Assembly (NCBI GenBank): GCA_040954595.2
Contig: CM082582.2
Coordinates: forward strand, 3,952,303 to 4,016,302
Direction: 5' to 3'
DNA from: Balanoglossus misakiensis
Taxonomy: Eukaryota > Animalia > Hemichordata
Length of the DNA stretch: 64,000 nt
Shown here: positions 54,601 to 63,600 of the stretch, piece by piece
Position numbering within the stretch: position 1 is the stretch's first letter
Layout: every line of letters starts with the position of its first letter
Program-made: the position numbers and the translations under genes
Notes under the pieces: model-generated
What the model saw: the letters and a program-made list of their open reading frames with translations, nothing else
The model's database searches: none
What the model was told of the DNA's origin: nothing

Positions 54601-57600
54601 TTGTGCCTGCGTTAGTACATGTAGTCATAATACATTAGAGACATTGAGAATGTCACTGACAGTAAGTATTGCACTAACAAGTCCCTTCGAATTCCTATCC
54701 AGCAGCGCAAGAGACTGATATTATTACTTCCACAGGTCATCCATTGCAATGGAATGTGCTTGTATGTCCACAAGGGACAGTGCCTTCATACACATTTTGT
54801 ATAACTAACATGACAATAAGTTTATTTTTAGGAAATGTTACAGCATGGCAACCGTATTTCACTATAGTGAAATAATGTATGATACTAAATCTTCTCCATT
54901 AAAAACAGCCATTAGAGTTGCAGCTCACAGGAATTGAATCCCTGCCAAACAAACGTCATTGCAAGTCTTTGTCTTTTTGATCCACAGCTTAATCTTCCCA
55001 GATCCCAGCATGCATTGCTTCAATCTCGCCTTCTGCACCAACCATATTCCCAGCATGCTTCATTCCAATCTTTTCTTGTCAAATTCTTCTATCTTCTCTG
55101 TGTGATTCTCTCTCTTTCTGTGTTGTTGGCTTTTCTCTTTTCTCTGATTTCACACTTCTTAGAAGAGCTAGAGGAAGAAGAAATTTCTGATATTCTCACT
55201 GAACTTGTCACCATGAAGAGTAAGTCTTTGCTCATCTCCTGGTTCTCTCATCTCTTTCGCTCGACGCACCTGCTCTCTCTCTGATACATATCACATGCTT
55301 TCTTCACCACACCTCACTATTTTAACTGTGGATTCATTTATTTTTAGTTCATGAAAACGGGGGGTACATCTACCATGTCAGTTTTTCACTCACCATCTCT
55401 CATATTTGCCGTACTTTGCAGAGTTGAACGTTGCAAGAGGACGGAATAGAAATCATTTGGAAGCACCGTCAGAGAAAGAGATTCAGAATGAAGGTGTGAA
55501 GGAGAAGGATTCATGCTCCATTTCTAGTTCCTCGTCAACCAATAGTAGTCTCCGAGATGAAGACAGGAAATCTCCATCACCTTCTTGTATATCATCTGCA
55601 TCAACTGCCTCCAGTGAGAGTACAGAGGGGTCATCATCATCATCATCATCTGGTATAAAGCAAATTTTTAAAAACTCTAGAACTTAGAAGTAACTTTTTA
55701 AAACCTTTATAAAGCAAATTTTTGAAATCTCTACAACCAAATTTTTGACAAGCGGGAACAAAAACTCTGTTTTCCTAACTGTTCCATTAGTATGCATCAG
55801 ATATTTTTGGCAATTTTGTGATAATTTTCATTTAATAGTTTGACATGCATACCTGCATCCTTTGTATGTATTAGCCAATCATTCCGTTGAGTGTCTGCAT
55901 GATGGAAGTGTAAACTGACAACAGAATGGGTGTTTTTTTTTCTCTCACTATAATAGTTGCTCCCTTTGTTATTTCAGCATTTACAAAAAGCATCAAGCCA
56001 TCTAGTGGAATGCAAGATCCCAGGAGACGACCCATCATGGAGACTGACTTGGAAGCACAGCTTGATAGACCAGACACGAAAGAAACAGAACAAGAAAGTC
56101 GTGCTGATGACTCAGAGGGCCAGTTATTATCCAACGACAAAAGACTATTCTTTTCAATGATGGGTGGTTCTAAGACGAAAAGTCAGGATGAAGATGAGAC
56201 AGAGCCCTCGAAAGAAGCTAGACCACTTCCCACAAGGAGGATTTCTCAGTGCCTGTCGGCTACAGACACCCTGGGGGATAGGATCGACAGCTTACAGAGC
56301 AGTTCTGCCGAAGTTACACGAACGGTTCAAGATAATTTAGACAATACCGGTGCAGTTGTGTCTGCGCACGAGAGATTGACTCAATCAAGCGGCGATGAGA
56401 GTAGTGCCAAGGGACCTGTTGGACCCACAGGGGACAAAAGTGGTGTTATTGGACAAGCAATGGAGGGACTTCAAAGTTCATCCAAGCCATCGGTTAGTAG
56501 TGCGGCCGAGCCAAGCAAGGCCGCTGCACCCGTTCAACCGAAGAGAGAGGTGGACGAACGCTGGGAACAGCTGATGAAATCTACAAATAGAGCACTGAAA
56601 ATTAAAGACCTGGATTTCACCGATCTTGCTCCCTCGGACGACGAGGATATTCTCGAACCCAAAGTAACGGCTGTTGAAGCTAACTTTGTGGGAATCCCCC
56701 CGCCCCCGCCCCCTCCCCCACCTTTGGGTGGCCCCCCTCCTCCCCCAATGCCTCCGCCGTTGTTTGGCATTCCCCCTCCCCCGCCGTTATTCGGACAGAC
56801 CACCATAGACGGAAGGGCACCACCACCCGGAATGCCACCCCCGCCCGGAATGGGACGAGGACCATCTGAAGGCACCCTCAAGAAATCCAAAAAGACACTC
56901 AGACTGTTCTGGAAGGAAGTCAGAAACAACGACTCCTTCGTGCCTCAGAAGGGTTCTAAAAAGACAATATGGAGCTCGTTAGATCCTGTCGATTTGGATA
57001 CCTCCAAACTTGAACATCTGTTTGAATCTAGAACCAAAGAACTTTCGTTTAAGGTGAGTGTTTTACAAACTCTCAGAATGTACTCCAGTCAAACCTGTGT
57101 TAGTGGTCACCTCTATATAGCAGCCACTTTGTTACAGTTCCTGTGCAATGTGCATGTGTAATAACTAACTTGTATATAAAGGCCATCTCTCTATAAAGTC
57201 AGTTTATTCTTAGTTATTTGGATGTGTTCCACTATCAGTGTATATGAGACTCTGTTTCTGGAAATACAAATCGATAGGATTGCCAGTAGAGAATGGCAGG
57301 TCATATGATAAATTGTGATGTACATTTGTTGACTGCGAAATTTTTATGATTCAAGTGTGAAGGTAGTGACAGTTTTCGTCAATGGAAAGATCACGTTTCA
57401 GGTGTTCGGAATTTGAAATTTAAAACAAATTGGCTAAAATTGACTCACGAACCTGAGTCACTACCTTAACAACATCTAGTGCGCGCAAACTTTGTACTCA
57501 AAATGTAGCTAATTTTGTCAGATGAATATTGAACTAGACGTACGTACGACGTAGGCTGAAAGGAGTTTGATGGAATTTTTGTTATGAATGTGTCAAAAAT

Positions 57601-60600
57601 ATGCACTCAAAAAAAATGTTACTGTGACCTCTGCTATATACTTACATCAAGTAGATTAGGTCCGTATATCTGAGAAAGATGTGTAGTAACACAAAATATC
57701 TCTTTGTTTTTGCAAACATCAGGATCATGCACAGGTAATGGTATAATACAAGTGTTGTGTGGCACAGAGAAGTATTGTTATCTTCTCAAACTTTTATCTT
57801 GCACCTTTTTTTGCTAAAATGATATCCTGCTTTAATTGTTAAAATTTCAATATATGACTCAGTATGTTCACTTGAAGAAATGAGATACAGGTTGTGTCAT
57901 TTTGAGAAATTGTGAAAATTTCAGTCAGTGCTAATATCTGTGATGTAAAGTGAAAATGGAAAGACTGTGTGACATTGAACAATTCTTCTGAATGAGTAGC
58001 GAAGCAAAGGATATTGACTTTAACCTTTCACCACCATGGTTCAGTCCAAAACTATTGTTTTCTATGGTAAGGTTGGACCTGTAAAGAGGGAACTGGGGGT
58101 GAAAGGGTTAAGTCTACACTACATCAGGGGTGTGCTGTATAAAAAATAGGTGTACCAAAGTGTGACCACAAGCAAGTTTTCCAACAACACTGGCCATAAA
58201 AATACAACTTCAGATTGTAAGAAAGAATTTACTACTTTCAAGTTAAAAATGGCCACCACCAGCAAATGGATTGACTCGTAGAATAATGGTACCAAAATTG
58301 ATCAGCTTAATACACAAGAAAATTAATTTGACATACACATGCCATTGTCGCAAAACCAACAGAATCTACTTGTGTCAGTAAACACATTGTAAGTCTCCTC
58401 TTCTCTCTGTGTGCTTTGTCACATGATTGCAAAATGGGAGGTAAAATTTCAAATAAACATATAAGTCTCTTAATTTGATCAACCAATCCATCTCCAATGA
58501 TTCAGATTGAAAAAATATTTTCAAAGGGCAATATGGCTAAAAGACTGGAATCTATAACAATGTCTGATTCTGAAGATGATGGTATCTGTGTGGTGTGTAT
58601 ATTTTAATTCTTTTGTCTCAATGTGCCATTATTCCTTTTGGAATATACATTTGATGTGATAGTTTTGTGTAGACTGTTCTTTTATATGTCACCATTTCAG
58701 TTTGTTAATGTTCATACATTAGAGTAGCACACTTAAAACAAACTACCCATCTGCCTTGAAAGGGCCAATGAGCGCAACCCAGCATTGTGCCAATAATAAT
58801 GTGCATAACACGAATAGCTGCTTCATCAGAAATCAAAATCCTAGTATTGAATTGTAGACTTATCAATAGCTCGGAGATTGACCGATACGCTGAATGTCTG
58901 TCATTGTCCATCCATCCATTTGTCAACAAATGACTTCCCAGAAACTGCCTTTAAAAAAATGCTTGACCAACTGCTCAGTCAGCTTTGATATTGAAGAATC
59001 AAAAATATCTTCACAAACATTTTCTGTGTATGTAATGTCAAATATCAAAACTCCACTCTATTGGCCGCTAGGTCACTTAAAGTGTCCTGCAAATTCAATG
59101 TTATAATTCAAACTTCTTGTCACACTATTTCATGCATAATCATGACTGGTCTTTCTGGGCATACCAGATGTCAGAGTTGTGCGATAATATATTTGGCTTT
59201 GGAAAATGTTTTCATGTACAGAACGGTTTCACTCATTTATTTCCATTGACACATTCTTGAAGTCAATATGAACCAAAATTCATCTATGCACTTTTTTCAT
59301 TCAGCACAAGGCGCTTTCATTAACTTCAGGCTGATGGGAAGTATTGTATATTACTGTTTATCAATAAATAATATCTGTACATTACCAGATCACAACCATC
59401 AATGAATTAACGCCACTTCATTTATTTTCATTTTCAGAAAATTGAAGAGGCAACGCAGAAGAAAGAAGTAACAGTCTTAGATACCAAGCGCTCCAATGCA
59501 ATTAATATTGGTATGACTGTATTACCCAGTATTAGGACCATTAAACCTGCCATCCTGAACATGGACAGTGTGGCCATGAACAGAGAAGCCATAGAGGTAG
59601 GGATAAGAGTAAGACTAGTTCAAAATCAGTAATTGGTAAACTTGAATGTGAATGTCTATTTTAGAGACCACATTGTAGGAGAAACAGAAGAAGAGAAACA
59701 GAGAAAAAACAATGGTACCAATTCAGGACTGTGACTGTTCATTTGTTAGGGACTGGTCAGTTTCTTGGGCCAGGGGGTGGGGGTGAATTCTATTTTGGGT
59801 ATATCAAATAGTGACTGACCCCCCCCCCCCCCCCATTGAACATGGAAAAGTGGGTGACCCCCTGGTGACATCCCCTCCCCCATCACCCAATTCCAAAACA
59901 GGGTGACCTCCCCCCTGACTCCACCGCCCCCGACCGAAGAAACTGACCGGTCCCTTATTAGCAGGTTTTCGTTGTAACTGTGTTCTTGTTATCGAGGTCC
60001 CACTGTATGTTATTTACCGGTATGTTACAGAAAATTCTAACAATGATGCCCACTGATGAAGAGAAAACCAAAATCAAGGAGGTATCAGTTGCCAATCCGG
60101 AGATCCCCTTAGGAACTGCAGAACAGTTTTTGAACATTTTAGGATCAATAAGTGAGCTCAAGGCGAGACTGAATCTGTGGATGTTTAAACTGGACTATGA
60201 CAGTATGGAACAGGTAAGTCTTAAGAATTTCTTCCCAGATGTGTTCAACAGAATAATACTGGGCAAACTCATTTCCTCCTTCCTATAGTTGCAGCTGGTG
60301 TTTGTTTGTTGATTTTGATAGTAGTGTCACTACACTTTAAGAAGGCATTGTATGAAAGCACATTTATGAATTTTTGTGTGAAATTCACATTTGATTTTAT
60401 CACCAGAAAATGTTATCATTTTCTTGGCAATGTATACTGTAAAGCAGGTTATTTTCGCGAGCAATAAATGTTCGCGAAATACGCGAGAGCCAAACAAAAC
60501 ATGAAAATAAGATGTCACGTAAAAACATTTTCGGAGATAACGATGTAGTTAAATGTGAGAACGCGAAAATTAATCCTCGTGTAACAGTTGTTTCTTTTGA

Positions 60601-63600
60601 TATCGCGAAAATTTCCTGTCGCGAAAATAACCTGTTTTACAGTATTTGACCGCAAGACATATAGACTCATGGTGTATGTTGTGTTCTACATTGTCATGTA
60701 GGAGGTGGCGGAACCTTTGATGGACTTGAAGCAAGGTATGGAAGATCTCAAAGAAAACAAAACCTTCCACAGAATACTGTCATTGCTTCTTGCTATTGGA
60801 AATTTCCTGAATGATGGCCAGTCCAAGGGATTCCATTTAGATTACTTGGCCAAGGTGCCTGAAGTGAAGGACACAGTCAGGAAACAGAGTCTCTTGTATC
60901 ATTTATGTATCATGATGATGGAGAAGTTTCCAGAGAGTAGCGACCTTTATTCAGAGGTTGGTCCCATCACACGATGCAGTAAGGTGAGTTGTCTTGGCAA
61001 CAGGTGGTGATGAGCCTTGGCATTTGTCAGACAATAGAGTGCATGTGGCAAAGCGTGAAAATTAAAAAAAATGTAAGGTAGTATTAAATTGGGCAACTTC
61101 ATGTCCCTTTAAAAGATTCAACAAATTGAGAAATCAAATTAATCCAGTCGAATGAGAAATGGAAACTTTATTACTTCTGTGCTGTTGTCTAAATGTATTT
61201 AGTATACCTCCAATACTGGTGAAATGATATCCCATGATATTACCAGTAGTCAAAATCTGTATCTATTTCTGTTCCATTCAAAGCATAATGAATATTGTTC
61301 TAAAATGGCAGAGTTCCAAGGTCTGTGTGAAACACATCTAAAATTCGTCTATGACTTTGATTTCAGGTTGACTTTGATCAAGTGTGTGAAAACCTTATCA
61401 CAATGGAAAAAAGGTGCAAAGAGTCGTGGGAATACCTGAAAGCAATAGTCAAACACGACAGTCATTCCGAGCTCAGATTTAGGTAAGTTGGAGAAGATTG
61501 CACAAGTTGTGTTCAAATGTGAAGCCTAGGACACAACTTCTACTTAATATTTTTCTTGTCCCTTTTTCATTCATTTCTTTTTGTCTTTTCTTTCAAGTTC
61601 TCCCACCATAATAGATGTAGCACTGAAACTCTTTCAATACATGACAATAATGTTCGATGAGGTATGAACAACAAAAAGACCCCCAATAATTTATGTTTAA
61701 TACTGAGTAAGCTGTAACTATTTGGGTCTTGTGGGGAGTTTCATGTCAAAGAGTTCAGTGAAGGAGTTCAAGGGTTGAAGGGCTCTTGACAATCGATGAA
61801 CTGACTACTTTATCATTGATTCATATATTCCCCTTCTATCCAGCTGCATTTTGCAACGTCAGAATTCACAATCAATGCTTTATCTCAGTTTTCTGTGTCT
61901 ACTGCAAAATTTGCTCATGGATTTCAGAAGTACATGTACATGTAGAAGGGGGGGGGGGTTGTCTGAAAAATTGCCAAAATTGATCTCCAATTCTCCCTGC
62001 CTTAAATAGGTTTTAAGCTACCTAAGTGAGTGATAAAAATCTCATATGTTCGACACAATTTCAAGATGGCCGATTTTTGCCATGTTTAAGAATTGGAAGT
62101 TCAAAAGCTAATTAAAAGTGATACTGGGTCATTCTGAAACTTTGTAACAGAAAAAATAACAAAATGTGAACAAAGTTGAACGAGTTTAATATGCTACCTA
62201 CAAAGACAGACATGTTTGACCAAAGGAAGTCATGAAATACAGCAAACATATCATTTCTTGTATCTCTTACTACAGTGGGTTGTCGACTTTTCGCCCAGAA
62301 TGCAATTTGACTTGACCCCCTAGCGCAAAGTGAAAACCTATTTAAGGCAGCCAGAATTCCTTCCACTGGTTGTATTACAGTTCTGCCTTAAACCATGCAG
62401 AGACTTCATATGGATAAGCTGTATAACACTTTTTGACAGTTGTTGTACTAACAAATGTCTTGATGTATATGACTGATAGATTGCAGGATTTCCTGGCTGA
62501 CTGTGCTGAAAGGATCATAGTTCTCAAGACTGTCCACAGAAGAGTGGTGAACAGATTTCACAAACTGCTGGCGTACATGGGCATGACGCCCTATGCCATC
62601 AAAGAAGTGAAAATCAGCCAGTTCTGTCGGATTATCAGTGAATTTGCCTTGGAATATAGAACAATACGCGAGAGAGCTCTTGAGATGCAGCGAAAGAAAG
62701 CAAATCAGAGAGAAAGAAACAAGACTAGGGGAAAACTTATTAGTGATGTAAGTCAAGTCAATCTAATGCACACTTTTCATTCAAAAATAGGACTATATGA
62801 GCACATAAAATGTACTTTACGTCTGCAACTGGAAATGTAATATGCTGAAAACAGATTACCATTTGTATATTTTCATTTTAAAATTTGACATTTGCATTAC
62901 TTTTGTCTTTTTTGCTGTGAAGTTTGACATTTGATAAATTATTGACACCTGACATTATTGTTTGAAATGACTGCCCACCTGCAATTGGTGACTTCAAAGT
63001 CCAGCTGGAAATTATAAATTTTACTATTCCGTATGGTTAGAAATGTTAATTGAACTGTCCACAAAATGTGAACATCTTTCTTACTGCCTGATTTCCAAAG
63101 TGTGGCCTGAGCGTAGAATAATGAAGAAGTGGGCTGACACTTTTGCGAAAGGATATGGTTACCAGCCCCGATTTCTGCTGCATGACCGAGAGAGACATTT
63201 CAAAAACACTGCTAACATTTCTAATTTCTCCTTCTTCTACTACAGACCAAGAATTTCAGTAAAGTGCAGGATAAGGATGAACATGATAAACTGAAGAAAT
63301 TACTGAAGAACACAGGCACAGCTCCTGGCGATGAACATTTGGGAAGAAGTAGGAGCAGACCTCTGGGTATGTCCAATCTGTGTCTGAACTCTCTCTTTCT
63401 CTTTCATGGTCATTGATCTGTGGAAAATATTGGGTCACAGCATGTATATGTTGATGTGGCCATCACATTTGCAAAGTAGGATGAATTCAGTCTCTGTATT
63501 GACATTTTCTATGGCACAGACATGACCATGAGCCTCTTAATGCCAAATTACTGACAATGTATTTCTTTAATATCAATTACATGATCTGGCCATGTTAACC

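Noticed and set aside
54639-54661. Possible 21-23 nt micro-exon before a perfect A|gtaagt donor
   Set aside because: The TAG acceptor gives 23 nt (frameshift), the 21-nt version needs a GAG acceptor, and there is no pyrimidine tract; not counted.
56534-56929. Gly-rich minus-strand ORF
   Set aside because: Antisense shadow of the FH1 polyproline tract.
62748-63245. Equivalent of the vertebrate muscle-specific acidic T(D/E)5XE micro-exon at the end of FH2
   Set aside because: The intron is at the corresponding position, but I could find no acidic micro-exon with splice sites in it.
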